From Holophagaceae bacterium (GTDB lineage: Bacteria > Acidobacteriota > Holophagae > Holophagales > Holophagaceae), in assembly GCA_016722505.1 (NCBI GenBank), contig JADKJH010000005.1:190872-254871 (forward strand): 64,000 nt of DNA. Reading direction: 5' to 3'. Under the pieces are notes generated by a model that saw nothing but the letters and a program-made list of their open reading frames with translations, ran no database searches and had not been told where the DNA came from. This document shows positions 17,901-28,951 of this stretch, in pieces (the stretch's first letter is position 1; each line of letters starts with the position of its first letter). Both the position numbers and the translations under genes were made by a program.

Positions 17901-20837
17901 TTAAATCACTTCAGCATCTTCGTCAGGTTCTTCCTTCCCGGGCTCGGGCTCTTTGGGCGGATCCACCACCAGCGGCGCTTCGCGCTTCTCAGTGCCCAGG
18001 CTCAAGACTAGCGTGTACTTGCCAGGCAGGATGAAGGGGCGGCGGCCGACGGGCAGGCCCTTGATCGTGCCGGCATCCACCAGCAGATCCCAATCCACGC
18101 GGTTCAGACCGGCGCTGGCATTGATTTTCCAGGTGCGGACGGGTTCCTTCTTTTCACTCAATAATTGCAGTTCGATGGCACCTGGTTTGGCGGCGCTGAA
18201 CCAAAAGGATTGGCCTTTGGTCTCGCCCCGAGGCCACCAGGTGGGGCGGTCGCGCTTCCAGCTTTTCTGAGCCAGGACTTTTTTCGGTTCAAACAAATGA
18301 ATCTTTTCTGCGGCTACTTCCGCCGTGAACTTTTCGAGGGCCTCGATGGGCGCGACCCAGGCGCTGCGGCCATGGGTGCCCACCACGAGGTCGTGGGCCT
18401 TGGCCTGGATGGCGAGATCATGCACCGGGACGTTGGGCATCTCGTGGGCGAGGGCCTGCCAATGGGCGCCAGCATCCATGCTGGTGTACAGGCCGAAGTC
18501 CGAACCCGCGAAGAGCAGATACTTGTTGGCCGGATCCTCGCGGATCACATTCAAGTTTTCTTCGGGCAGGTTGGCTTTGATGTTGGTCCAATTTGCGCCG
18601 AAATCCGCGGATTTGAAAATGTAGGCGGCGCTTTCATCATTGCGCAGGCCGCTGAGGGTCGCGTAGACCGTGCCTTCATCGAAATGGCTGGGCTCCAGGC
18701 GCGTGATCCAGCGGTTCGCGGGCAACCCCTTGGTGATCTCGCTCCAAACGTAACCACCGTCATGGCTCATCCAGGCGCGTCCGTCATCGGTCCCAGCGTA
18801 AAGCAGCCCGAAGCGTATCGGGCTTTCCGAAAGTGAAGTCACCGTGCCGAAGGGCACGTTGCCGACTTTGGGGTTCGTACTGAGATCCCTACTGATCGCC
18901 TTCCATGTGGCACCCTTATCAAGGCTGCGCATCACATGTTGGGTACCGGCATAAAGGATGTCGGAGCTATGGGGGCTCAGCAGCAGCGGCGTCATCCAGT
19001 TGAAGCGGTAGGGCGCATCTTTGAGCTTGTGGCGCGGTTGGATGGACTTGAATTCGCCCGCCTTGGCATTGATGCGGAACATGGAGCCGAACTGGTATTC
19101 GGCATAAGTCGTCGCGTTGTCGCGGGGGTCCACCTGCACGAAGCCACCATCGCCCCCCAGGATGTCGCGCCAGCCGTCGCTCTGCGCACCGGGCCTCAAG
19201 GGTTCCGAAGGTCCCATGCGCACGCTGTTGTCCTGCAGGCCACCGTAGATCCGGTAGGGTTCGGCGTTGTCGGTGGCGATGGTGTAGAACTGGCCGACGG
19301 GCAGGTTCTTGATGCCGCGCCAGCTCCGGCCGCCATTGGTGCTGACATCAAGGCCGCCATCGTGGCCCAGCACCACGCGGTCCGGGTCAGACGGATCCAT
19401 CCACAGGGCGTGGAAATCGGCGTGGGCGGCGTATTCCGGAGTTCCGTTCGCGCCGTGGAAGGTCTGCCCGCCGTCCTTGCTTTCGATCATGGGCATGCCC
19501 AGAAGATAGACATGGCGGTCGTCCTTGGGATCCACGCGCATCTGGCCGAAGTATTAGCCGTAGCTATAGACCACATTATCCAAGCGGCCCGTATGGGTGA
19601 GCTTCCAGGTGGTGCCGCCGTTCTCTGAAACGTAGAGTTCCGGGCCGATGATATGCACGTCGAAGAGGGCCCGCTCCGCATCGGAGACGTAGGCCAGCAG
19701 ATCCTTCACCTCGATCTTGCCGGTTTTGAGATCAGCCTTCACGCTCTCGGCGGTGATGTCCTTATGAAAGCCGTTATCCTTCAAAAACTCTTTGAGTTTC
19801 TTGTCGTCCAGTTTCAGCGCTTCATCCTTGCTCAGTTTCTCCAACTGTTTGAGGGTGAGCTTGTCGGGATCCTCGAAGGGATCCTTCTCAGAGTCTGGCC
19901 GCGCGGTCTGATTATCGACGAAGGCGTAAAGCTTTGAAGAGTTCTGGCGGCTCATGGCCAGGCCGATGCGACCTATTCCATCACCCTTCGGAAAGCCGTC
20001 CGCCATTTGCTTCCAAGTGGCACCACCGTCCCCGCTCTTGTAGATGCCGCTGTTGATGCCGCTTTCCAGGAAATCATTGGGCTTGCGATCCTTCTCCCAG
20101 AGTGCCGCATAGACAACGGCCGGATTGGCTGGATCCACCACGAGATCCACGGCCCCGGATCGGTTGGGCGCAGCCAGCACCTGCTTCCAGCTCTTGCCGC
20201 CATCCTCTGTCTTGAAGACGCCGCGCTCGCCGCCGCTGGTGTAGAGGGGGCCTTGGGCTGCCACATAAACCACTTCAGGATTGCGGGGATCAGGGACAAT
20301 ACGCGCGATGCGATGGCTGTTTTTCAAACCCATATTGACCCACGTCTTGCCGCCATCCGTACTCTTGAAAATTCCCGCGCCCCCATAGGAACTACGGCTG
20401 GCGTTGGCTTCACCGCTCCCCGCCCAGATCGTTTTAGGTTGTCCAGGTTCGCCCCATTGCACGGCGATGGCTCCTAGCGCGAAGGCCCCTTCATGATCGA
20501 ACAGCGAGGTCCAATCGGCGCCTTCGTTCTTCGTGTGCCACAGACCGCCAGTAGCAAAGGCAACAACCCACGCGGAGGGTTTGCGGTCATCGGCCGCAAG
20601 TCCCACTACTCGCCCGCCCTGCCCTAATGGGCCAACGCTGCGAAAAGGGATTGCCTTGAGCGTGCTTTCAGAAAGCAGCTTGTTCCGCTGCGCAAATGCC
20701 TGATCCCGAGCATCAGGCGATGGTGTGGCGGCGACCGGGTGAAACCGCTCGGCCTGTTCCGTCTTCGTCAATGGCTTGTCGCCCGCGGCCAAGGAAAAAG
20801 TCAGCAGGGCCAAACTGGCAAGCGATCCAACGCGCAT
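17901..20837 (-). pseudogene. Sortilin/VPS10-like BNR/Asp-box repeat protein (Ycf48-like beta-propellers) with signal peptide; one ORF of about 985 aa interrupted by an in-frame TAA at 19554..19556
   Basis: ORFs 19554..20837 and 17901..19541 are in the same frame, separated only by ...VVYSYG-TAA-YFGQMRVD.... The TAA sits where the aromatic of a YGYYFG-type repeat is expected. Confidence 0.7.
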
Positions 20838-20914
20838 GGAAACCTCAATGATGAACTCGTAAGACGAGGCATCCAGGTTAACGCACTGGTGTTGGTCAAT
20901 CTGAAAGGAAAAAA

Positions 20915-21571
20915 TTACAGCGGTTCTTCCTTGAAACTCAGCAAGTGGCCACTCTTCTTGGCTTTGGTTTTCAGATAGCGGAGATTATGGGGGTTGCTTG
21001 CCTGCTGGTGGGCCTCGCGCATGACCTCAATGCCGGCAGCTTCCAATGCGATTATTTTTTTCGGATTGTTGGTCAGCAGGCGCACCTTGCGGATGCCAAA
21101 AAAGCGCAACATCTCGATGGCGGAGTTGTAGGTGCGCAGGTCATCGGCGAACCCCAGCATTTGATTCGCTTCCACGGTATCGTGGCCCTGCTCCTGCAAT
21201 GCATAGGCCTTCAGCTTGTTCAGCAACCCAATACCGCGGCCTTCTTGCCTGAGATAAAGCACCATGCCGCCGTTTTCACCAATGTAGCGCAATGCGGATT
21301 CCAGCTGTTGCCGGCAATCGCATTTCAAGCTGCCCAGGACTTCGCCAGTCAGGCACTCGCTATGGATGCGGACATTGATGCGCTTGCGGCTATCAATGTC
21401 ACCAGCCACCACGGCCAAATGCTCCTTGCCCGTGGCCCTTTCGAGGAACCCATAGACCGTGAATTTCCCGAAGATCGAGGGAACGTCCGCCTTGGCGACA
21501 AAGGGCACCGATTCGGTCTCGAACTTCTGGATGAGATCGAGCTTGGGAGCGTTGCTGCACTCTTTGGACAT
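20915..21571 (-). CDS. ribA: GTP cyclohydrolase II
   Basis: CxC...C zinc motif (HSECLTGEVLGSLKCDC), NLRYLKTK tail; 218 aa. Confidence 0.9.
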   Translation of the reverse strand: MSKECSNAPKLDLIQKFETESVPFVAKADVPSIFGKFTVYGFLERATGKEHLAVVAGDIDSRKRINVRIHSECLTGEVLGSLKCDCRQQLESALRYIGENGGMVLYLRQEGRGIGLLNKLKAYALQEQGHDTVEANQMLGFADDLRTYNSAIEMLRFFGIRKVRLLTNNPKKIIALEAAGIEVMREAHQQASNPHNLRYLKTKAKKSGHLLSFKEEPL

Positions 21572-21669
21572 TATTTATCTTTCTTTGGATGAAAGAAGGA
21601 TCGGCCCTTCTTCCATTTGATGCCGTGAGCGTGGATTTGGGACAAATGTTTGAACATCTTGTTGTGATT

Positions 21670-22671
21670 TTAAATCCTGGATAAATCGCGGTCCAATTGG
21701 TCCAGCACTGCGGCTTCCACTCGTGCCTTGGCGGCGAGCACGGGACCATCCAGTTTAGCACCGGAGGCCAGGCGATGCCCCCCGCCACTGAACAGTTTGC
21801 AGACAGCGTTCACATCCACCGCCTCCTTCGACCGCAGCGAAAGCTTGATACGCCCATCTGCCAATTCGTATAGCAGCCCGGCCACTTCGACAGATGCCAA
21901 CCGCGTAGGTTCCTGCACCAATTCATCCAGATCATCATGGGTGGCGCCACACTCCCTCAGGTCTTCCAAGGTGATGACCATCAGGCCAAATGAGCCCCCA
22001 CCCAACAGTGCCATCCGCTCCAGAGCGCGGCCCCAAAGTTTCACCTTGGACGGCGTGTCTTGCAGATAGATCCGCTGGTAGCTTCGCGCTGGCTGCACGC
22101 CCTGCTCGATGAGCCCAGCGGCCATGCGATGCACCTTGCCAGTGGAATTGGAGAACCTGAAATTCCCCGTGTCTGAAATCAGCGATGCATATATGGCCTC
22201 GGCCATGGACACCGGCAGCGGCAGACCCATGCGGGGGGCGGCCAGATCGTAGACCAACTCACCGCTGGCTGTGGCCTTGGGATCGGTGAATTCCTGCTCG
22301 AAGCCCCTGGGCGCTTCCTTCAAGTGGTGGTCCAGACACGCGCGGGGCGCCTTGGTGGATTCGAAGGCCGGATACATCGCACCCAAACGATGGGGTTCGG
22401 ACGCGTCCACGAGCAACCAGGCATCCGGCCAAGCTGCCAATTCCAGGTGAGGGCCAGCGGGATCGTACCGCTCGATCCAGCCCTCAGTGTCCAACCAGTG
22501 CAGATTGGATGGCAGGGAGGGCGACACTACGATCCGCGCCTCCTTGCCTAGAAATCGCAGGTAATGCGCCAATCCAAGGCAGGCCCCGATTCCATCGCCA
22601 TCCGGATTTTCGTGAGTCGTGAGAAGGATCCGCGAGTGCTGATCGAAGAAGGCTTGCAGACGGTCGAGCAT
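21670..22671 (-). CDS. nrnA: DHH/DHHA1 phosphoesterase, NrnA-like bifunctional oligoribonuclease / pAp phosphatase
   Basis: HENPDGDGIGA DHH motif, GGGH DHHA1 motif. Confidence 0.8.
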   Translation of the reverse strand: MLDRLQAFFDQHSRILLTTHENPDGDGIGACLGLAHYLRFLGKEARIVVSPSLPSNLHWLDTEGWIERYDPAGPHLELAAWPDAWLLVDASEPHRLGAMYPAFESTKAPRACLDHHLKEAPRGFEQEFTDPKATASGELVYDLAAPRMGLPLPVSMAEAIYASLISDTGNFRFSNSTGKVHRMAAGLIEQGVQPARSYQRIYLQDTPSKVKLWGRALERMALLGGGSFGLMVITLEDLRECGATHDDLDELVQEPTRLASVEVAGLLYELADGRIKLSLRSKEAVDVNAVCKLFSGGGHRLASGAKLDGPVLAAKARVEAAVLDQLDRDLSRI

Positions 22672-22755
22672 TTCAGGCCTCAGATATCAGGTTATCAGTC
22701 GACGGAGAAGCGGGGAGCGAAGCATCGCTCCCTTGTTGAGCCTTCAGCAAACAGC

Positions 22756-23823
22756 CTAGAGATGCTCCCGCTTGCTCTCCAGGCTCTTCGGCTTGAAGTT
22801 CTTCAGCTCTTCCACCACCTCGCCCAGCATGGCGCGCTTGATGGCATAGGGCAGGAAGGCGCTCTTGAAGCCCATGATGATGACTTCTTTGATTTCCTCC
22901 AGGCTGAAACCCAGCTGTTCATGGATGGTCAGGAATTCCTTGCTCACGGTGGTATTGGTCATCAACCGGTTGTCGGTGTTCACGGTCACACGCAGACCCA
23001 GATCGTAGAACAACCGGATGGGATGATCCGCCATGCGTTTCACCGCCTTGGTCTGCACGTTCGACAGGGGGCAGCATTCCAGCGGAATGCGGTGGTCGTT
23101 GACGTAGTTCATCAGATCGCCATCCTCGATGAGCCGCACGCCGTGGCCGATGCGGTGGGCGCCGCACAGATGGATGGCCTGGTGGATGCTTTCGGGACCG
23201 TAGGCCTCGCCCGCGTGCAGCGTGCAGTTGATGTTGTTGGCTAGCACGCGCCCGAAGGCGTCCTTGAATTTCTTGGCGGGAAAGTTTTCTTCAGCCCCCG
23301 CAAGATCAAAGCCCACCACGCCCTTGTTCTTGAAGGCCACCGTCAGGTCCGCCATCTTGTTGCCCATCTCGGGACTGATATGCCGGATGCCGCAGATGAT
23401 CACCCCGGTGCGGATGCCGTACTTCTTGCTGGCCAGCTTCAGCCCTTCCAGCACGGCCTGAACGATGGTGTGCAGCGTCAAGCCCTTCTGCTGATGAAGG
23501 ATCGGCGCATAGCGGACCTCCATATAGCGGACATTTTCCTTGGCCGCATCCTCCGCCAGTTCAAAGGCGGTCCGTACCAGGGAGTCGTAGGTCTGCATCA
23601 CCGACAGGGTGACGTCGAAAGCCTTCAGATATTCAACAAGGGACTTGCACTCCTCCCCGACTTCCACAAAGGGCCGCAGCTTATCCACGCTATCTGCGGG
23701 CAGCTTCACTTTCTGCTCTTCCGCCAGTTCCAGGATGGTCGAAATGCGCAGCGATCCGTCCAGATGGACATGAAGGTCGGTCTTGGGAAGACGTTGGATG
23801 TCTTGATACGTAAGGTTTGCCAT
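22756..23823 (-). CDS. add: Adenosine deaminase
   Basis: HVHLDGS, HAGE, NTDN motifs of the adenosine/AMP deaminase family; 355 aa. Confidence 0.9.
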   Translation of the reverse strand: MANLTYQDIQRLPKTDLHVHLDGSLRISTILELAEEQKVKLPADSVDKLRPFVEVGEECKSLVEYLKAFDVTLSVMQTYDSLVRTAFELAEDAAKENVRYMEVRYAPILHQQKGLTLHTIVQAVLEGLKLASKKYGIRTGVIICGIRHISPEMGNKMADLTVAFKNKGVVGFDLAGAEENFPAKKFKDAFGRVLANNINCTLHAGEAYGPESIHQAIHLCGAHRIGHGVRLIEDGDLMNYVNDHRIPLECCPLSNVQTKAVKRMADHPIRLFYDLGLRVTVNTDNRLMTNTTVSKEFLTIHEQLGFSLEEIKEVIIMGFKSAFLPYAIKRAMLGEVVEELKNFKPKSLESKREHL

Positions 23824-23872
23824 GGTCCAGGCTAGCGCCAGGACGCTCGTTAGACAAATGCGGGTGTTCTGG

Positions 23873-24385
23873 TCAGGCGTGCAATTGGCTTACACGGTGG
23901 GCTACGTCGAGTCCCTCGGTGCCTTTGGCCTGGCAAGCGTGGCAGATTCCGAAAATCTGCAAGCTATGGTGCAGAGGCTTGAATTGGAATTCAGTGCAGA
24001 TGGTCTCCTGCATGGCTTCCAGATCAGGTCTGAAGAATTCGATGACCGTGTCGCAATTCAGACAAATCAAGTGGTCATGGTGTTCATCGCCATGGACGGC
24101 TTCGTAGTGAGCGTGTTGGTCGCCAAGGCTCTGCTTGCGGACCAGGCCACATTGCACAAGAAGATCCAAGGTCCTGTATACCGTGGCGCGTGAAATTTCA
24201 TTCCCCTTCTGCCTCAAGGTCAAATGGAGGCTATCGGCATCAAAGTGGTGTTTGGAGGCGAACACGGCATCCAGCAAGGCTTTTCGCTCCCCCGTGTACT
24301 TGAGGTCTCGGCTCCGGAGGAATGCTTCGAAGCGGGTCTGCTCCTCCGGGTGGAGCTGTCTTCGAGAAGGCTGAGTTCTGACCAT
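23873..24385 (-). CDS. fur: Fur family transcriptional regulator (Fur/Zur/PerR)
   Basis: Winged-helix N-terminal domain, HHDH and CxxC...CxxC metal sites (HHDHLICLNC...CHAC). Confidence 0.8.
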   Translation of the reverse strand: MVRTQPSRRQLHPEEQTRFEAFLRSRDLKYTGERKALLDAVFASKHHFDADSLHLTLRQKGNEISRATVYRTLDLLVQCGLVRKQSLGDQHAHYEAVHGDEHHDHLICLNCDTVIEFFRPDLEAMQETICTEFQFKPLHHSLQIFGICHACQAKGTEGLDVAHRVSQLHA

Positions 24386-24729
24386 CTGGACTCCTGAAGA
24401 ACAAAATAAGGATCGTTACAGTGTAGCCAGCAATTTTCCACTCGGACGACTACGACACATAAGACTCCTGGTGGGGCACGGGCTGAAGCCGAGTGGGCGT
24501 TAATAGTTTGAGGTATGGGTTTGATAGGTGCGGGCCAAGCGGCGCAGGCTCATCTTGAGGATGTCCTAAATGGTGGCCGCGGCTCCTGGCAGGAAACTCC
24601 GCACATAAGACTGGCCCGCACGGGTAGTGGTATCACATTGTGCTGCGACTTGGAAGAGTCTGCACGGATGACAGTGTCGTGTTTCGCCCTGCAGACATCC
24701 CTCCTTTTGAGAGGTCCCATGGACCGGGA

Positions 24730-25900
24730 AGTCGCGAGTCATCCATCCCGTGGCTTGCGGGCTGGATGTCCACTCACCATCCTCGTGGCCTGCCTGGTCG
24801 CTCTGGCCCCAGTGGCGGCCTCGCTACGAAGAGGAGTTCCGGCCTGGGGCCTGAGAGAGCTTCGGGATTGGCTCTTCGCCAGTGGCTGCCAGGCGGTGGG
24901 GATGGAGGCCACGGGCGTATTGATGCCCGTTTTCGCGGCACTGGAAGGCCACGTCCAGATGACCGTGGGGAATCCGAACCATACGCAAAACCTGGGCCAT
25001 AAGACCGACCGCGGATGCGAGGTGGACGCGGGCCTTGCGGCACGACCTCATTCGCCCAAGCTTCGTGCCCAAGCAGGAATTCCGCGATGCCCGGGAACTG
25101 ACGCGGTTTCGTCGTCAGCTCATCCGCGCGGACCAGCATGCGCAATGAAGTCCAGCGGCTTCTCGCACGTCAGGGGTCACCTTGGGAACCGTGCTGAGCA
25201 AGTGTTCGGCACATCCGGCATGGCGATTCTGGAATCCCTGGCGGAGGACGGACGTCGTGGACGAACTCCCAAGCTCATCCACCACTCTGTGAAGAAGAAA
25301 CTGGGGATGCTGACGGCGGCCCTGGAAGCGCCCCTGTTCCCGGTTCCCAGGAAGCTGCTGGCGCTGCAACTCAAGCGGCTGGAAGTCGTGGAGGAAAACA
25401 TCCAGGATGTGGAGGGGCTCACGCAGCGCAGATGGCCCCTCACAAGCAGCAGCTGGAGTTGCTGATGAGTATTCCCGGCATCAGCCCCATCCGCGTGTGA
25501 TCTTGCCGAGATCGGTGTGGACATGAGCGTGTGGCCCACCGAGAAACACCTATCGCCTGGGCGGGCGTAGCACCTGGGTGCCGAGAGAGTGGAGGCAAAA
25601 ATACGCGCCGCCGCCCGAAAGGGGAACCCGTACCTTTGCAGCGCCTTGATGGAATGCGCCATCGCCGCCGTGAAGGCGAAAGACTGCCACCTCGGGGGCA
25701 AATACCGCCACCTCTGCGCCCAGATTGGAAGCAAGAAGAAGGCACTGATGGCGATCGCTAGAAAACTCGCGGTGATCATCTACCGCCTGATGAGCAAAGG
25801 CGCCACCTACCAGGAACCCATCTCCCAACCTCCCTCCTCTAAGTCCCGCCACCGTAGCATCCAGAGGCACATTCGCGACCTCGAAAACTCGGTCTGATGG
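24730..25900 (+). mobile_element. Degraded IS110-family transposase gene (DEDD N-terminal domain + Transposase_20 C-terminal domain) broken by multiple frameshifts and stops
   Basis: Fragments in three frames: GLDVHS, VGMEATGV, HKTDRGCEVDA, EFRDARELTRFRRQLIRAD, LLMSIPGISPIRV, AARKGNPYLCSALMECAIAAVKAKD...ALMAIARKLAVIIYRLMSKGATYQEP. Confidence 0.7.
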
Positions 25901-26060
25901 TCCAGCTCACACCCATTCCGGCGTTTTCCTAAAACCTCCTATTTCAGGTTTTCAGATTGGCTTTCATGACAGGTGGACCAGGAGACAACAGTAATGGGTT
26001 ATTCACAAATGCCACTTGACCAGTTTATGAGCCTACTTAAACTGTAATCTCACCCTTAAA

Positions 26061-26840
26061 TTGGAGTTGCCCATGGCGATGGTAGTTATACACACATCAG
26101 CTCTTACCAGGGTCCAGAAACAGCGAATCGGAGATCGTGTCATCGAGGCGCTCCATAACGAAGGCCTCCCAGCCAGCACCGTGGTAGTGCTATTTAAGAG
26201 GGAAGATACCGATATCTACCTGGATGGTGGCCTGCTCCACGAGTCCGCTGCACCCCTTTCTACTACCCAACCCACCGCCGTTGCCCCAGGGTTTGTGCCA
26301 GGGCCCCCCTCAAATGGCCAGGATTTCAAAACCAAAGTCCGCCGCTCCCGCCAGGAATTGGATGAGTTGAGATCCAAGCTGGTGGCGCTGCTCCAAGATC
26401 GAGGCGCCCTCTCTAGTTTCGAGGCCCAGGATGGATTGGAACTCGCTGATTGCGATTGGGCTCCCGCCACCCTGCGCCGTTTCTTTGCGGAACTCGAAGC
26501 TGAAGGCGTCATTTTCAAACAGGGGCAAAAGCGGGGCACTCGCTATGTTTGGAAAGGCGTTGCCAACCTCCCCAGGGTTTCCGCACCTGTGAAACTGGTG
26601 AAGAAGGATGACAGTTCCGAGTCTGAGTCGAGAGTCGAGAGCTTTATAGCGATCGCGCCTCTGGCGTCGGCTTTTTTTAGCTCATGGCTCGTACCTACTT
26701 CAGCGCCCGCTCCACATCCTCGGCTTTCCTGGGTAGGTGTGCGCTCAGGTTCTTCGGACCTTCCTGCGTCACCAGGACATCGTCTTCGATGCGTACGCCG
26801 ATGCCCTGCCACTTGGGATCTACGCCTTCGGCACCTTTAG
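26061..26840 (+). CDS. Hypothetical protein: tautomerase-like N-terminal beta-alpha-beta module plus predicted winged-helix domain; C-terminus and stop uncertain
   Basis: MVVIHTSALTRVQKQRIGDRVIEALHNEGLPASTVVVLFKRED resembles a 4-OT fold without Pro1. LRSKLVALLQDRGALSSFEAQ...RRFFAELEAEGVIFKQGQKRGTRYVW is wHTH-like. Follows a low-GC patch next to the IS remnant; the 3' end overlaps pepP convergently by 145 bp. Confidence 0.45.
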   Translation: MELPMAMVVIHTSALTRVQKQRIGDRVIEALHNEGLPASTVVVLFKREDTDIYLDGGLLHESAAPLSTTQPTAVAPGFVPGPPSNGQDFKTKVRRSRQELDELRSKLVALLQDRGALSSFEAQDGLELADCDWAPATLRRFFAELEAEGVIFKQGQKRGTRYVWKGVANLPRVSAPVKLVKKDDSSESESRVESFIAIAPLASAFFSSWLVPTSAPAPHPRLSWVGVRSGSSDLPASPGHRLRCVRRCPATWDLRLRHL

Positions 26841-28110
26841 CGATATAGATGCCGGGCTCGACCGTCAGCACCATGCCAGCCTCCAACAGACGCCGACCCC
26901 CGGCGCGATAGATCGGGTCCTTCGATCCATAGTCGCCTGCATCATGCACATCCAGGCCTAACCAATGGCTTGTGCCGTGGAGAAAGAAACGTTTCCAATC
27001 ACCTCGCTTATAAACCTCGTCCCTATCGCCTTTAATAATTCCAAGATCAACCAAACCATCACTTACCACACGCGAAGTAGCGTAGTGGGTGGCGATGTGG
27101 GGACTGCCCACCACACAAGCCACGATCCCAGCCTCCTGGGCCTTGAATACAAGATCGTAAATCGCACGCTGCTCTGTCGAGAATTTCCCGTTCACGGGCC
27201 ATGTTCGGGTGATGTCGGCGGTGTAATAGCCCACTTCACCGCCCGCATCCATGAGCTGCAGCTCACCGGGATGCAGCGGCGCATCATTAAACGGGTAGTG
27301 CAGGATGCAGCTCTGGTTCCCGGCCCCCGCGATGGTGTCGTAGCCGAGGAAGCGCGCGCCGAGTCCCCGGACCGCGCCCTCGAAGGCCCCGGCCACCTGG
27401 CCTTCGTTGGTAGCTGTTCTAGATGCCTTCATGGCGGCAAGGTGGCCCTCGATGCTCACATCCACGGCCTTTTGGATCATGTCTATTTCGGCTGGTTGTT
27501 TGATGGAACGCATCTCCGCCACCATGTGGCGCCCATCCACAACGGACTTCCGGAACAGGCCATGGTTGTTGTCCGTCCCGAGCGGCAGCACGGCATCGAG
27601 GATTTTTGTCCGGAACTCGCGGTCCAGATTGCAGACGAGCACGATTCGCTGGGCTTTCTTGATAGCCTCGGTCAATACTTCGTCGCCCTTTGGAAAATCG
27701 AAAGCCTGGTCCGCACCCAGTTTCATCGCGCCTTCAATGCCCAGCCGCGGCCCGTTCCACGCCTCCCGTTTGAGATCCCGGGGCCGCACCAACAGGGTGT
27801 AGGGCTTGTCCCCATCGGCCGAAAGCAATGCCACGGCACCCGGTTCCTCCACACCCGTCAGGTAGTAGAAATCAGAATCCTGGCGGAATGCCTGTTCGCC
27901 ATCCCCATTGCGCGGCTGCTCGGGCATGGACTTGATGACTGCCAGCGTACCGGGCCCCAGGGCTCTCAGCTGTTGGACCATCCGTGCGCGATTCCCTGAA
28001 AAAAAGGAAATCGGAAGACGAAGGCCGTGGTAGCCAGTGGATGGAGCCTGGGCCGAAAGGATGGTCGTCACCACGGTGAGACCAAAGAGCATTCCCTTGA
28101 TTCGAAACAT
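26695..28110 (-). CDS. pepP: Xaa-Pro aminopeptidase (M24B, PepP-like) with signal peptide
   Basis: Signal peptide MFRIKGMLFGLTVVTTILSAQA, creatinase_N domain, M24 metal ligands (HGTSHWLGLDVHD, TVEPGIY, IEDDVLVT). Confidence 0.85.
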   Translation of the reverse strand: MFRIKGMLFGLTVVTTILSAQAPSTGYHGLRLPISFFSGNRARMVQQLRALGPGTLAVIKSMPEQPRNGDGEQAFRQDSDFYYLTGVEEPGAVALLSADGDKPYTLLVRPRDLKREAWNGPRLGIEGAMKLGADQAFDFPKGDEVLTEAIKKAQRIVLVCNLDREFRTKILDAVLPLGTDNNHGLFRKSVVDGRHMVAEMRSIKQPAEIDMIQKAVDVSIEGHLAAMKASRTATNEGQVAGAFEGAVRGLGARFLGYDTIAGAGNQSCILHYPFNDAPLHPGELQLMDAGGEVGYYTADITRTWPVNGKFSTEQRAIYDLVFKAQEAGIVACVVGSPHIATHYATSRVVSDGLVDLGIIKGDRDEVYKRGDWKRFFLHGTSHWLGLDVHDAGDYGSKDPIYRAGGRRLLEAGMVLTVEPGIYIAKGAEGVDPKWQGIGVRIEDDVLVTQEGPKNLSAHLPRKAEDVERALK

Positions 28111-28162
28111 CCGGGCCTCCTTACTCCAATCTACACTTTTAGGGGCCGTGCCAAAATAACCG

Positions 28163-28951
28163 GTGCAGTTCGGTTATTTTGCTACGGCCCCTTATGATCG
28201 GAATGACGCAAGCATGGACTGGTTCGCCTACGACTTCGATCACCCAGCATATTTCGATCACTACCGAGATAAAGAGGGCGACGCTTTCTATGAAGGCCCA
28301 GCTCTGGCGTCCCTGCTCGGATTGGAAGGAGGATCGACAGTGCTGGATCTGCCTTGCGGGTGGGGCCGGCTGCGCCCAGCACTGGAAACCCGTGGGTACC
28401 GGGTCGTCGGTGGTGATCTCAGCCCGCTGAACTTGCAACGCCACCGCATCGAATATCCAGGCGCTCTCGTTCGCCTGGATTTCCGGGCCCTGCCCTTCCG
28501 TACAGCCTGCGTGGACGGCGTTTTCTGCGCTTTCACATCCTGGGGCTACTTTGCGACCGAGGAAGAGAACCTCCGCCAGCTCCAGGAATTCGCACGGGTT
28601 CTGAAACCCGGAGGCACCCTGCTGTTGGATCTCTGCGGCCGCGAATCCCTGGAGCGTGGCGTGGCCTCCACCGAAGGGCGATGGATGGAACTGAAAGAAT
28701 TCGGATACCGCGAACGGGTGCGCTGGAGCCCAGACCGGAAACGCATCTGGACCGAAAGAAAGCAGGGCAAATATTCATTCCGCCACGACATCTGGATTCC
28801 CACGGACGGGGAAGTCCGCGAATCCCTGGATATCGCGGGATTCGAATTGGAAGATGCCTTTGGCGGCTTGCATGGAGGGCCATGGGCGAGGGATGCGGAG
28901 CGGTGGATCTACCGCGCGATTAAGGGGCAACCTTCCTCGTCACCAGGATGA
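28163..28951 (+). CDS. Class I SAM-dependent methyltransferase
   Basis: Motif I VLDLPCGWGR, motif post-I VVGGDLS, LKPGGTLLLD; start may be at 28214 (MDWFAY). Confidence 0.7.
   Translation: MQFGYFATAPYDRNDASMDWFAYDFDHPAYFDHYRDKEGDAFYEGPALASLLGLEGGSTVLDLPCGWGRLRPALETRGYRVVGGDLSPLNLQRHRIEYPGALVRLDFRALPFRTACVDGVFCAFTSWGYFATEEENLRQLQEFARVLKPGGTLLLDLCGRESLERGVASTEGRWMELKEFGYRERVRWSPDRKRIWTERKQGKYSFRHDIWIPTDGEVRESLDIAGFELEDAFGGLHGGPWARDAERWIYRAIKGQPSSSPG

Noticed and set aside
21572-21669. FMN riboswitch upstream of ribA
   Set aside because: Only about 98 bp separate ribA from the preceding co-oriented nrnA gene, and the sequence lacks the conserved FMN-element core. ribA is probably co-transcribed.
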